A stretch of 64,000 nt of DNA from Adineta vaga (Eukaryota; Animalia; Rotifera), in the NCBI GenBank assembly GCA_021613535.1, contig CP075494.1:10602001-10666000 (forward strand), written 5' to 3'. Below, piece after piece: positions 1 through 14,300 of this stretch; positions within the stretch are counted from its first letter, which is position 1, and every line of letters starts with the position of its first letter. The notes beneath the pieces were generated by a model. The model had not been told where the DNA came from and made no database searches. It worked only from the letters and a program-made list of their open reading frames with translations. Made by a program: the position numbers and the translations under genes.

Positions 1-687
1 AAAGCACTACCAGTTCCATTCGTTATCGTACTACCATTGGGTGTAGTGGTAAATGTAATTGGTTGATTTGTTCCTGATCGGTTAATAGAGATTGTTGGTG
101 AATCTGGTCGAGAAATACGAATTTCATGTAACGTTGATTTGGTCGTTTTTGGTACGGATGAAAAACGAATTTGTTGACGATTTGTTGAACCACCTGATGC
201 AATCGTAATCAATGGTGATTGAGATGAACTAACACTGATTAATGCTAGAAAAAGAGATATTCTTGTCAACATTAAATTCAATGCACGTACGTGATTAATG
301 ATTTCAGATAGTTATCAATAGAGAAAATCATCCATCATTTGACTCACCACTACGTTGATTATTATTTGCTGATCGATATTGTTGATGATATTGTGGGTAC
401 ATGGAGATTGTTGGAGATGATGGTTCATGATCAGATAAATACGAAGTTGCAATTGGTGTACCTAAATTATATTGAATGAAAACATTTTCGACTGTGATAG
501 AAGTATTGTTTTTTTGTTTACCATTTATTTGATTAGCTGAATGTTGACGTTGTAGTGGATATTGTTGATTATTATTTGTATTATTCGAATAATCAAATGG
601 ATCAGGAGTAATTTGTGATCGATAGAAAGGTCGAGGACTTACTAATCGAATTGTTGCTGGACTTGGCGAATGTCGATCCAGATTCAT
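1..687 (-). CDS. 5' part of an uncharacterised Ser/Thr/Pro/Asn-rich protein, running off the window edge
   Basis: ATG at 687 (MNLDRHSPSPATIRLV...). A GTGAGT..TAG intron at 347-245 joins in frame to an open exon 244-1 (ALISVSSSQSPLITIASGGSTNRQQIRF...). No recognisable domain. Confidence 0.6.
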
Positions 688-1713
688 TGTGGAGGTCAAA
701 ATGTCATTTTCTTGATTCCGAAAGTATTGCTTAGTTTTGTGTAGAAAAATGTTTTGTCGATGAAGAAGAGAAAGACATCGATATATATGGAATACAAAAA
801 AAAATAAGATGATGTGTATATACTTGGTGCGTGCGTATATGAGTATCAACACCGACAATCAGAGACCACCCACATACCAAAATAGACGACAGGAAAAAAA
901 ATACGGTAGACGAACAAATCAAGCGGTATCATCTAAATCAATAGACGAATGGCAAAGAACGGGAAAAGAAAAGACAAAAAACAAGTTTTCCGATGTGTTT
1001 TTCCTTCGAAGGATATGACGATATGATATCGCATGTTCATTTATATGAGTTCTTCTTTTTCCTTTCGTATTAAGTAGAAATATTCTAGACAGTCAGATAC
1101 TTATAGTGCATTGGATATTGCTGAAGTCCTGATATATCAGCTGACTTATTCTGACAACAAATGTCGAATAGACACAACAATATTGCCAGTCTAGATGACT
1201 TTTCTATGAAGAGAAAAAAAACACTTCGTATTATGATATTTAGAACGAATAAGAAGAAAGAAAAACAGATCAAACATCAAAGGTTTTCAAAAGTAATATT
1301 ATCCATAGAGATAATAATTCTCGATCATTTTCGGATGATCTAGAATGTCAAAATCGAGGATTTCTTTTTACCATGATTTTGAATCTTTGTATTATATTAA
1401 GTCGTTCGATACACTTTTCAGAACTAATGATTTTTCTCTATCATACTCATCATTGGTGCAAGAATCTAATCCAGAAACTTCTAGGAAAGTTTCAATTTCA
1501 TATGTTTCTACAAAATTTACACCAATTATGTGCGTCTTTTAGGAATATGTTTCTCACCCACACCTATCCCACCCTTAACACTACGAAGGTGAACATTGTC
1601 AGCGCAGACGGACGAGAATGCATTTCTACAATTAACCTTATTCGTAGGAAAAAAATGAAATATATGTACATATTTACATATTCCATCTTGCTCAAGCGTG
1701 AATTTCGACACAT

Positions 1714-3613
1714 ATGGATGATAAAATTGCTTGTATTCTTAGTTTACCGGACGAATTATTGCTTGCTATTTTGAAGAAACTCAACAATATTGATGCATTA
1801 TATTCACTGGTTGATATTCATGAGAAACTTGACAGAGTCGTATGTGATGCTAATTGCAGTAGAACTGTTGATCTAACGACAATATTACCACATGGCGGCT
1901 TGCATGATTCATTGGAAGACCATATTATCAATCGATTTCAAACATTGATATTATCTCATATCCATAAATACTTGAAGTCTCTTACTGTTGAAGCAGTATT
2001 ATTTCAAAATATTCTTCATATGAACAATTATCCGAACTTGCACATGCTGACTCTTCATAATCTTGAAGGCGAAGTGGCTTGCCGAATTTTTACTAGTATG
2101 TTACTGGATTTGTCTATTCTGACACAAATTATCAGAAAACTCATTGTTTGTTCGTTCTTACAAACATCAAATCATGCATTTAGCGATGACGATCAAGGAT
2201 GGATTTCAAATTAGATCAATGGAAAATGCTATGTCTCAAACTTATGTTGCTACTTTTACGTGGTTTTCGAAACTACAATATTTCACTGTTGATGGTATGA
2301 ATGATAATCGCTATTCACGGAGAATGCTGCGTGGTCTGTCACCTTCGAGTTGTTATTCTTCGAATGTTACTCATTTATCTATTAAAATACACGATCTTCA
2401 TGATTGTTACTGTCTACTCGATGACCATCTTAGTCAATTAGAAACATTATATGTTCAAGTTGATTACGTTCGTTTTTCAAGGATCACTATCAGTAATGAC
2501 GTAAAGAATTTGATAGAAAGGACAATTCTTTTGTTTAAATATTTACTCGAACACTGCTGGTAAAGTGAGTGAATCTCATTCATCGAATGACTGAGAATAT
2601 AGGAGAATCGTTGAATACATAGTTCTCTGAAAATCGAAGCATAACTTATCAACTAAGAGATGTATGGAAGAGGAATTGATTGTTCTATAAATTACTGATG
2701 ATGATATCAGTTCAGAAACTAATCTATACATATGTTAGGGATGATAGTAAATGCAGATTTTGTTATATTTTTAGAATACTCTACTAAAATTGAAATGTTT
2801 CTCATTTAAAAGTATCTCGCCCAACTGTCGACTTTCATGAGAAAGTTGTACCGATCCTTCGTCGAATAAAAAATATAGAAGAATTGAAATTATGTTTTCG
2901 TGTTCGTCGACAAAATTCATTTATTGATGGTAATTATCTTTCCAATGAAATTGTCTGTCATTTACCACGTCTTCATGAATTTACATTCGACATTATCAGC
3001 GATCAGGCAAGAATAAATGTGTATCCTAAACCAACTTCTGATGATATTCGACGCACATTTGTCGAAAACGGATATTGTGCTGATTGTTATATTGATCATA
3101 ATGATATAGATCATACAATAGGACGATATCATATTTATTCACTTCCATATATGATGAAACGTATACAATATGTTACTTCCGGATTTCCAGGTGATATCTT
3201 TACGAATGTCCGTGTTTTGCGTATTTGGGATATTGATCGCTCCTTTGAAAACTCATTCTTTGTTAAAATCTCACGTTCGTTTCCATTACTACATCAATTG
3301 TCGGTATCGTATATGATTGAAAGAATAGAAAAACAAAGATACATCCTCGGCCATTGAATTTCCTCATCTTACAGAACTCTTCATGGATTTCGTGCATATC
3401 GACTACGTAGAACAATTTCTTTCTTATTTGAATACTCGCCTACCTCGTCTTAATGTCCTTCGGGTGCAATATGTACAATTGGTGACTGTTACAAAAAATT
3501 TCACAAGAGATGAAACGCGTACCAATTGTGAAAAACTCAAACATATTTTATTCAACGATCGAGTGAATCTAGTACACTCAAAAAGCTTTTATCTCTATTT
3601 TTCTTCTATCTGA
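1714..3613 (+). pseudogene. F-box/LRR-like protein of an expanded rotifer-type family, with apparent frameshifts
   Basis: N-terminal F-box-like LSLPDELLLAILKKL; introns 2096-2135 and 2501-2774; family-typical segments LKLKCFS, VPILRRIKNIEELKL, FIDGNYL, HIYSLPY, IEFPHLTEL, HIDYVEQFL. The reading frame shifts near 2820 and near 3340 with no plausible intron. Confidence 0.7.
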
Positions 3614-5149
3614 AAATATACTATTTGTTATATTCATAATAGGAAAGAATAATATTTGCTAGAAAATAAACATAGTCTTTCGCAAGACTCGATGATTTGT
3701 CCATTTTTCACATTGATTGTCAAATACTATAACGATTGTAATTTTCACATATCTCGAAGAGCAGTATTGAAATATGTTAAAACTCGAGTTTGGCTAATGG
3801 TAGACATGAGAATAAATCATAAATGGGAACGACTAGGTGTTGATTTGAGAAGCTTATCATCGGTGCAATAAGTGAGTTTGGGTGCTTGTAAAATTGTTAA
3901 ATGATTCGATTCATAAGCGAAAATAATTCTTTGTGAGAGTTGGAGCGGAACGAAATCTATTGAGTAAGAATTGATTAGCCAAATGTTATGTTACTTACTC
4001 ATATTTATGTGATTGTGCTGAGATAAAAACTGTGACAAAGATTTCTGAATCGACTATTTCGAAAAAACATTATTCTTTAAAATCGTGACACGTGGTGATG
4101 GTTTCAACTGTGTGTCATCACTCTGAATACGATAGTAAACATGCAAACGCATACTGATTACTTTACTTTTCTTTCTTACGATTATATCCAGACAACACTT
4201 AACCTTTTTTTGATTATCTGATTTGCACCTGTAGTAAATCACCATAGAGTTCAATTCATTCTACGATAGAATTTTAAATATAAAAGATTAGTACTCTAGG
4301 AGAGAGTGATAGTTTTATTTAAGAGAGGAAATCTTTAGACATCTCTTTGTAGTAACAAAGCACCACATTTACTCAAGCCTATAAATAGAGATATACAAGT
4401 TTTTGCCTTTGAAGTGTGACTTTTGCACCATTGTATATAAATTGAAAAAAAACGGAAGGAAATCATCTATATATTCTGAAAAGATTATTTCTTTATTTAT
4501 TATTCGTTTTACATATGTCTAACGGACCCTTATGTTATGGGAAAAGTACGATGGCGCTTAAGTTTGTCGAATTTGATTGTAGTAAATATTACGTACAAAT
4601 GTCTGTTCGATATTTTCTGAAATAACTGTTGTCGATAATAAGCTGCATATACAATTTCATTCAAATTTCTAAATCATTGATTGACTTTTGTCATTTTTAC
4701 AAAACTAATATCATGACTTTGGCAATGAAAACATCCCTATCAATGTTTCGAAATTGTTGAAACAATCGTTAGACAAAAACCTTGTACACATAAAAAAGAG
4801 CTACAACTCTTTCATTTTGTTGGAAAACTACAAAACATTAATGATATGCATCGATGCATGTATAATTGAATTGTATGAAAAACTGTCTTCGCTCGTCTCT
4901 TCTCTTCTCTTCTCTTATGCAACGTTTTGACCTTCTATTGGTCGATAACAGTTACCATTCGAATCAATATCGCCATTTTGTTTTGACATTCAAATTCCTT
5001 TCATTCTGGTCTCCAATATTTGATTTTAAACGTACAAAAGCAAACTATTGGTTATTTCACTGACTTTTATTTACCCTTTTTAAATAGATATATCGAATAT
5101 CGTTTCACTACTACCGATACCGACCGAGTGCTATTACTTTCACCTCATC

Positions 5150-5908
5150 ATGGTAAGAGCAGTCCTCTTTTTTCGAATGACAAAAATCTATTGATTCTCT
5201 ACTTTAGACTAAAGACAATCAAAAAAAAGATAAATCTAACTTTGATCAAACAATGAAGAAAAATTCATCAAAACCAAAAGGACGTTCATTCTGTTGTTCG
5301 ATGTTTATTTATACCTTTGTTTTCGTATCTGGTGTTATTGTTGGTAAGTAAAACTCAAATTAATTTTTACTATTTTCGACTATTGATTATAAAATCTTTT
5401 CAGCAACACTCTTACCAGATTTAGCTGGCCATCATTTCAAACAACCGTATGGCAAAGAATATGGTAGGTGAAGATAACGATGATGGTGATGATGATAAAA
5501 TGTCTCTATTTTTGTAGGTGCTATGGCTGAACGAATCTTTCAAGATGTACCAAAACATTTAAAAACTTTGAAAGAAACTGCTTTAGTAGTTGCTCGAGAA
5601 GTCACTGATCGTGCTTGGGACTTAAAAGCCGAAATTGAACGACGAATTGCTGATATGAGTAATAAAAAAGATGAGAAAACTAAAAGTAAATTTTGAATAC
5701 TATTCAATATCATATCATACCATTTTTCTTTAGCGAAAACCGCTACTCCACGTTCTGCTTCACATAGTAAGTTCTGATTTCCCTTACATTTTCTCGTCTA
5801 TATTCTTGCATTCATTCAATAGATCATGATCACGTTCATTCATCACGAGCACATGATGCTAAACATGCATCAAATGCTGATCGACATGCTAAAGCCAACG
5901 ACTTCTAA
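5150..5908 (+). CDS. Orphan single-pass (type II-like) membrane protein with His-rich C-terminus, 6 coding exons
   Basis: ATG|GTAAG at 5150-5152, then five more exons with canonical splice sites give one frame: MTKDNQKKDKSNFDQTMKKNSSKPKGRSFCCSMFIYTFVFVSGVIVATLLPDLAGHHFKQPYGKEYGAMAERIFQDVPKHLKTLKETALVVAREVTDRAWDLKAEIERRIADMSNKKDEKTKTKTATPRSASHNHDHVHSSRAHDAKHASNADRHAKANDF*. Not in the ORF track. Confidence 0.8.
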
Positions 5909-6173
5909 ACACAATGTTGATGCTACTCTGTGACTTCTCATCCTAAGATGATTAGTAACCCAAACGTTTCTTTTTTTTTCATAGTTTTCATTTTTATTGT
6001 CTTTCATTTCATTTTCTTGTTTCATTGTTTTACTCATTAAATAGATTCATATCAAAAACCATTTCTTCGGAACAAATGACCAAAACGATTGTCAAACCTT
6101 GACAATAATTGATAGAAAAAACAATACATTATAACTTCGAATTTTATTCCTCTTCACTGAGATAAAAATGAGT

Positions 6174-6996
6174 TTAACTAATCGTTGTTGATTTTGATCG
6201 TTTGGGTTCATCTACAGATAAAAATATTTGATTTCCTATTGTAGATTCTTGATAAGGTTCAACAAAAATTGATTGAGAAGTATTGGATAACGCAGATCTG
6301 TAATTATTATCAGTTGATTTCGTATCGGGCAAGAATTTATTTCGTAATTTAGAGATTATGGTTTCATTGGTTGAAGGTTTTTGTTCTTTCTTTTCTTCTA
6401 TTGAACTAATCTTAGATGGTGTCATACTACGAAAAGAAACAACAATATGATAATGATCGTTTGTGGGGAAAAACTTACTGAAAGAAAGCTGTAGAGAGGA
6501 AATTTTGTAATGAAATCCAAAAAAGTTCATTCCATTGCTTCGAAAAATAAACTCGAAAAGTTGCATTTTCTTCTGGATTTGGAATAAATGGTAATGTAAA
6601 CCATTCTTTGGGCCATTCATTTGATTGTTGAAGAATTTTAATTAATTTTTCAAAGAATTCATTGATTTTATCTGTTCTTGATGATTGCACGGCTTGAATT
6701 AAATAACATTTGTACAAATAATGACGAATTTTTGTTGACACATTCAACAATTGTGAAGGATTAATCGTTAATGTTGAAAGAAGACGTTGTTCGATTTGTG
6801 TCCAATAATCGATTAAACTATTTAATTCAAATTGATGAATATCAAGTGTTAATTTTTCAATGATTTGATCAGCACGATAATGTTCAAATGGTAATTTCGA
6901 TAGTTCATTATCGAAAGTACGTGTTGTGAAAGTTAAATTACGATAATGAAAATAATCACGTAGAAGATCATCAATGAATGAGAATGACGTAGCCAT
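6174..6996 (-). CDS. WDR91: WDR91-like protein (N-terminal LisH/CTLH-like region only, no WD40 repeats)
   Basis: DDLLRDYFHYRNLTFTTRTFDNE, YRADQIIE, DYWTQIEQRL and EWFTLPFIPNPEENATFRVYFSKQW..SLQNFLS match the WDR91 N-terminus. Intron 6478-6427; exon 2 ends in a stop at 6174. Confidence 0.8.
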
Positions 6997-7292
6997 TATT
7001 GACTATGATAGGATTTTAAAATGATGCATAGCATGTGATGAATGTTCTGATTGGTTATTTTCGTTTATTTACTTGTTTATTTGTTCTTAAGTGAAATTGA
7101 AAAGATTTTCATAGGCAATCAATCGAAATCAATTTTGAGACATTAAGTGTTAATGATGATTCAATTTTCAACGATAGATGGCAGAGAAAGCATTGACGAA
7201 AGGATTAATGTTTAACGTGAACAAATAGATTGACACCCAGAAGATTGAAATTAAACAAAGAATGTATCGTATACTTTTCATTTAGATAGAAG
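6997..7292. promoter_or_regulatory. Probable bidirectional promoter between the WDR91-like gene and UNC-45
   Basis: Divergent ATGs are only ~300 bp apart. The gap contains a CCAAT box (CTGATTGG near 7046-7053) and an AGATGGC motif (near 7176). Confidence 0.55.
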
Positions 7293-10200
7293 ATGACCGC
7301 AACGATACCGAATCCAGACGATCTTCGTGAACAAGGAAATCAAGCATTTAAACAAGGAAAATTTCAAGAAGCAATCGATCGATATACTGAAGCATTGAAT
7401 ACTCTTCTTGAACTTCCATTGTCGGAAATAATTAAAATTGATCTCACTAAATGTTATAGTAATCGTTCACAATGTTATATTAATTTAAATCAATATGAAG
7501 AAGCTATTGACGATGCTACACGAGGTAATGAAAAGTTCATTTCTTTTTCTGTCTTTTGAATTGATGTGATTTTGTTTGTTTAGCATTGGAATATACACCA
7601 GCAGATCAGAAATCGTTATATCGTCGAGCAAACGCGTTCGAACGCTTAGGAAAATCAAATGAAGCTATTTCAGATGCACAACGATTGATATCTGTTTCAC
7701 CAAAAGGTGGATCCGGTGATGAACAAACTAATATTCTTTTGAGAAAATTACGTGAAAATGCACAGAACAAAGTAAGAAGACTATCTGTCTTTAGATTTAT
7801 TTAATTCATTTTGTCTGTTTGTTGATAAAAAGCATACGCAACAAACGCAATTAGCATCTCAAATTCAACAAATGTTTGAAACAGTTCAATCAAATTCAAA
7901 TTCAGTAACGGTATGTGTACGAGTGGAAAACATTCATTGAGATGAGAGTAGGTGATTTTAATAGGCATTGAATAATCTTCTTGTTATATCGCGTGAAGAT
8001 GCTGGTGCAGAAGGAATTCTAACTTACGATCCTGAACTACGACAAATAATCGATTTTATGCAAAAAAATGAACGTACAATTATTCTGGGTACTACACGAG
8101 TGTTGGCTTCGTTAATCAAAAATTCATACAAAAGAGTAAGAATTATCATAGACGGTTTTATGAAATTTTAAAATAAATATAGGCGGAACTCGTTTATCTG
8201 AAACTTGGCCTTCCATCTATTGCTCGTTGTCTTGCTATGAATGATACAGAGATTCCTGCCAGTGCTGCTGTATTACTTCATAACATGATTATGTCAATAT
8301 GTGATCTTGAAAATCGTCGAAAAATTCGTAAATCTACAAATGTTCCTTTTAACTTTGGTATTCATTCTTCTATTTCATTTCACATTCGAAACCATCTGTT
8401 TCTTTTTTTTCTCTTCAGATCAATCAGTGATTGAGTTTATTAATAATACATTTCGTATGCTAAATGGATTGATTGATGATAAGACATGTTCAAGTATTGG
8501 TCGTGATTGTTGTCTTGATCTTGTTGTGAAATTTGTTGATCGAGCAAATGGTTGTAATTGGGTGAATAAATTCGTTGTCTCAGGTAATATTTTAGCGTTT
8601 ATCGATTCTAAGTAGATGGTTTCTTTGCAAATAGGTGTACCAAAGGTATTGCGTGTTGCAGCAACGGTTCCAAATTTAGCAGATAATGACTCGAAATCAT
8701 ATTTAATCACAGAACAAACCAAAATGCACATATCATGTGTACTTAGTGTTGTTTATCATGATCTATGTTCAGATCAAGAACGTGAAGAATTTAATAATGA
8801 ATGTATAGAATTTATAAAGTATGTTATCAATTGTTAAGAATTTGAAAAGTATATTATATATAAATTTAGAGCTTTACGTGAAAAAGATGATGATCAATCG
8901 AGAATACGAACAATATCTGTTCTAGCTGTTCTTTTACAAGGTCCTTTTGATACTGGTAATGCCATTTTAGGCAGTCAGAATTTAGTTGATTTAATGATAC
9001 AAATGGCTGGTTCAGATGATGTTGTACAACAAGTAATCAAGATAATGATATTAATTTTCACCTCATTTTTCTTTCGTTTATCTTAGCGTATTGCTATTGA
9101 AGCAATTGTTTTATCAGCTTCGAAGAAGGATAAAGCAGCTGGTATTTTATCGCAAGGTGCTGATATTCTGAAGAATCTCTATCGCTCGGCAAATGAAGAT
9201 ATTCAAGTGCTTGCTCTTGTGGTATGATCAATTCATTCTTGTACGATTATAGTTTGATGTTCATTTGTTTCAGGGTCTATCAAAAATTGCATCGAGTAAA
9301 GGTACAGATGCAAGTGGAGGTATTGTTGCCGAAGGATCTTGTCAAACGCTCGGTCGTGCCTGTTGCAAGTAAGAAACAAAGGACTTGTTTGTCATATAAT
9401 AATTCGTGTTGTTTAGATTTCTAACGACTAGCGAAAGTTTTGATATTCGTCGTTGGTCATCAGATGGTTTAGCTTATTTAACACTAGATGCTGATGTAAA
9501 AGAAGAACTTGCTGATAATCAACCAGCTTTAAAAGCACTTTTCAGTCTCTGTCAATGTCAAGATGCACATGTTTTATATTCTTTAACAACAATTTTTGTC
9601 AATCTTACAAATACATATGATATAAATAAACCCGATAAAGAAATGGCTGAATTAGCAGCATATGCAAAACAACATATTCCAAAAGATCATCCGAAAGTAT
9701 GTAGGAAAAAGAATATTCAATAGAAATAAAGATGATTTCATTTTAGGATGAAAAAAGTTTCTTTGATGAACGTCGAAGAAAACTTATTGAAGCAGGAATT
9801 ATTCCAGTTTTAGTGCAATTATGTAAACATAAAAGTGAAAATTGTCGAGAACAAATTGCAAGGTATGTGGATAATTTAGTACTTGTATGACGTTGAAAAC
9901 TTGTACATTCTAGAGTATTTCTTGGTCTTTGTGAAAATGAAAAATATCGTGGACCTATTGTTGCTGGTGGTGGTGCAAAAGTAAGATTGTCTATTCTTCT
10001 ATCCATTCAATCATCTTTCTTTCAGGCATTATTACCACTTGCTCTTGAAGGTACATCGGTTGGTAAGACCAAAGCGAGTCAAGCATTAGCAAAGATTTGC
10101 ATTACAAACAATCCAGAGATTGCCTTTCCTGGACAACGCGTACGTTTTGTTTTCCTTCATTATCATTCCAAACATAATTTGAAACTTCGTCTAGATGCTT

Positions 10201-11107
10201 GAACTTGTTCGGCCAATCATCAAACTTCTAAAACCTGAACATACAGCTTTGGAAAATTTCGAAGCTTTAATGGCATTAACTAATCTAGCTAGTATTGGAG
10301 AGAATGTTAGAAAGCGAATTTTAAAAGAAGACGGATTTTCCAATATTGAACAATATATGTTCGAAGAACATGCATTGTTACGACGAGCAGCAACTGAATG
10401 TATGTGTAATTTAGTTATTCAAGAAGAAGTAAGATTATTGGACTAAATATATAATATCGGAAGAGATTTGATTTGAATTAGGTTGTGAAATATTTTACAA
10501 GTGAAAATGATCGAATAAAATTATTAGTTTTATTATGTGGTGAAGATGATGAACCATTGATCAAAGCAGCATTGGGAACACTAGCTGTTCTATCATCTTT
10601 ACAAGCAGATATTGAATATATAAAAGATTTAAATTTAGAAGATGAAGAACGTCAACGATTGAATAATTTAATGAATGACAATCGAATTATTTGTCAAAAG
10701 ATTCTTGATGTTCGTATCTTTAACTGGAAGTCATCTAGTTTTCATGAATAATGTCGCTTTGTATTTCTAGGTGAAATCATTGCCAGATATTTTCAAACAA
10801 TTATGTGCATGTAATAATCCTGATCTACAATTTCGGGCTCTTTATATCATCCGAAATATTGTTCAAGTGAACAAAGAATTTGCAATACAAATAGTTGAAA
10901 CTGATTTAATGGATGTTTTATTTGCAGTAAAAGAGATTAAAGATGCAAATCTAGTCAATGAAAAGGTAAATCCATCCTTTTTCATATAAAAAAAACCAAT
11001 TGTTTCTTTTCTAGAATCAAAAGATTGCTTCGGATATTGTTCAAATCTGTTTAAAATATGGTCTTATCCAACGAAATAAAGAAGAAACTGCTGCTTCTAA
11101 AGAATAA
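7293..11107 (+). CDS. unc-45: UNC-45 myosin co-chaperone (TPR + central ARM + UCS domain), ~17 introns
   Basis: [32 protein letters not shown]; UCS motifs [75 protein letters not shown]. Last exon ends ...TAASKE* at 11107. Confidence 0.95.
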
Positions 11108-11251
11108 ACCGAACGCTTTTTTCCCTATCTCTATTTACGGTGCTACATTTCGCTTTTTTAAATTTAATAAATATACATATATATCTTAAACTATATGAAC
11201 TATCCGATCATCCCTCTATGAATTGATAGATGTCACTCAGATGAATAATTG

Positions 11252-11265
11252 GTTTGCTAAGTAAC
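11252..11265. promoter_or_regulatory. RFX X-box-like element upstream of WDR90
   Basis: GTTTGCTAAGTAAC, an imperfect X-box palindrome ~100 bp upstream of a centriolar/ciliary gene ATG. Confidence 0.4.
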
Positions 11266-11360
11266 CTCTCCTTCGTCTTACATAGCTCATGGCAGGAGCA
11301 GGACAATAAAGAAAGACAATCATTAATTTTAAACATTTGAAGAAGAAGAATACGAAGAAA

Positions 11361-14300
11361 ATGAGTAATAGTACATGGCAACATCCGTTTGTGAATATAT
11401 TCAAACATTTCGATATTGGTTCGACGAAAAAATGTGCCAAACAAGGCGATGTAACTGCTCTCATGGTACGATATGTCTAAACTCTCTTTTAAATTCTAAA
11501 ATAGAATTGATTTTATCATCTCATTAGGATCGTGATTTGAAATGTACGGTATTCCGTATTCGTGGTCTCGTTCCAGCGAATAATTACATTCAATTTCCTG
11601 CTCAATTACCACAACAAAATCTCGCGTTAACAGGTCGTTTATTCTACATATTATTTCGACCAATTTATGATAAATTCTTTTCCATTCATCTTGATATTTT
11701 CACACATGAACAACATGTTGTTCGTATATCATTATCGAATTTATTTCGAGAAATGAAAGTGACACAAACTTGTATTCAATTTCCATATACATCAACAAGT
11801 CAAGATATTCGTTGGACAGTTTTATGTTTAGATTTAGAATCAATTCTATTAACTTACATGACAAATCAACACTATCATATGATTAAATCATTTCAATTAT
11901 GTGGAAATATGATGGTAAAAAATTGTTTTTCATCGCAATTTTTCTATGAACCAGGATTAAATCCACATAAAGCAAAACAGAAAGGTTTAAAATGTACAAA
12001 TATTCGTTTATTACCACGTGAATTATCTTATCCTATTGGTAAAGATGAATCATGGCATAGTAAATATGATTTTACCATCATTCCAATTTCATCATCATCA
12101 TCCTTAATTGATCAACAATCGACAGAAATTTCCAATGATGTTCGTTTACAAACACCAAGAGAAATCAGTCAATCATTGACTGATTTAACATTGAATACAC
12201 ATAGAACAATGTCACCAAGAGATAGTCAAGCAACTACATGGCGTTCAACAAATCATCCTGTTGATCGTTTTCCATCGTTACCTGCGATGCATGAATCATC
12301 ACTTCCATCTGTTTCTTCACGTAGTAATAATGAAGGTATTCATCTTTTTGTCAATCCTCAATCGATGGGTGATGAATCCAATTTTGATTTACCATTGTCA
12401 ACGGATCGTTCTCAACAACCACATATACCTGATTCAATGCTTCGACTACGTACTGTCATTGGTGTCGGTAATGGTACAACAAATTGTACAAATCTTCTAT
12501 GGACACAAGATGGAAATTATATTCTCTATCCATCGAATGCAATTGTTGTGCAAATGCATGTTGAAACTCAACAGCAATTGTTTTTTATTGGTCATACGGA
12601 TAAAGTTAGTGCGATTGCATTCAATGGTAATTCTTCATTGTTAGCGACGATACAAGCTGGACCGAATGGTAAACGAAAGAGAACGATTTTTGTTTGTATG
12701 ATTGATAATCTTCTATTCATTTAGGTATTCTTCGTTTATGGAAATTTGAGACGCGTCGTTGTATTTGTGTTGTTCGTGTGCCAGGCACATCTAATTTACA
12801 TGCACTTGATTTTGGTATTCGTAATCTTACGGATGCTTCATCATCATCTTTAATTGTTGTTGGTCATGGTGAACATCCTCAACAATCTCGTACTGTTGTT
12901 TGTGTTTATAATACATTAAATGCACATAAAGGTTCGATAGATTTAATCTGTCGAACAACAACAGATGCAACAATTACTCATATACGTTTTGTTCCATATG
13001 ATTCAACAAGATTTGTATCGATTGGTTCAGATAATATTCGTTTTTGGCGTATTAAAAATGGCAATGATTTAAAATCGATGAGTATATCTGTTGATGATAT
13101 TGATCATTTAGAATATACAGATTTACAATTTGAACATTTAACAACGAATAAATTAAATGAATTACTCGTTTATATTTCATCAAAAAGTGGTCATGTCTTA
13201 GAATTATTATATGATGAAAGACGTGTTACAAAAATTCATCGTTTATTACCAAAAAAACATTCCAATGGTTCAACTGAAAAGATTACTATGGCTAATGGAC
13301 CATCCATTGGTATTTGTGCATTTGCATGTACAAATACATTTTGTATTACTGGTTCAAATGATGGATATGTTCGCGTATGGTCGAACGATTTTACACAAGT
13401 TTATATTGAAGCAAAACATGATCAAGCTATTTGTGGTTTAATAACATCACCTGATCAAACACGTGTATTAATTTTGACAATTTCCGGTTCAATTGGAATC
13501 TTAAATCTTGTCAATAGAGAACATTTGAATTTAATTCGTGCACATACACAACGTGTAACTGATATTGATTATGATGATACAAGAAAACAAATGATTAGTG
13601 TCGGCGAAGATGGTACAATACGAATCTGGTGTTTTCGTACAGGAAAACAATTGTCTGAATTTATAGCGGAAAATGAAACGCCAGTTATTGTTACATATGC
13701 ACCCAATCGACAAGTATTTGCATGTGGATTTAATAACGGAACGATAAAAATTTTTGATTTGAATACATCAACTATTTCCACAGAAATTAAGTAAGTAGTC
13801 GAAATTGATATTTATTTCAATTTTTACATTGTTGTTCGTTAGAAATTATACAACAAGTGTGACTGGTTTACTCTATGCACATAATGGTAGTCGATTGATC
13901 AATAGCGATGAAGAAGGTAATCTATGTTTATTGGATGCGAATGATAATTATAAATTACAACGAACAATGTCGAAAGCGTTATGCTTGTTACCAAAAAATG
14001 TGGTAACATTATCGATTAGTTCAGATGGTAAACATACTGCTTATGTTGGTCCAACAGAATTTGTTGTTACTATCGTTGAAACGAATAGTTTAAATCAAAC
14101 ACTTCGAATTGATATCAGTAGCTGCAGTCAAATTACCAATGATCGAAGTACAGCCTCCTCTAGTGAAGCAGCTCTATTTGTTCATTTTGCACCAAATCGA
14201 CAGTTATTAGTGGCAACAACGAACTTGAAATTACTTAAATTTGATTCACATTCCGGCAAACTTTTAAATATTGTAAGATGAGACTTGTATTTACTTACAA

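Noticed and set aside
1290-1560. Protein-like minus-strand reading (YEIETFLEVSGLDSCTNDEYDREKS...) and ORFs 1345-1542 and 1373-1774
   Set aside because: Interrupted by stops, with no recognisable domain or consistent splice structure.
7172-7182. CGATAGATGGC shared with 37270-37280 upstream of PIP4K2 (YY1-like)
   Set aside because: An 11-mer match within 64 kb is readily expected by chance; needs genome-wide enrichment testing.
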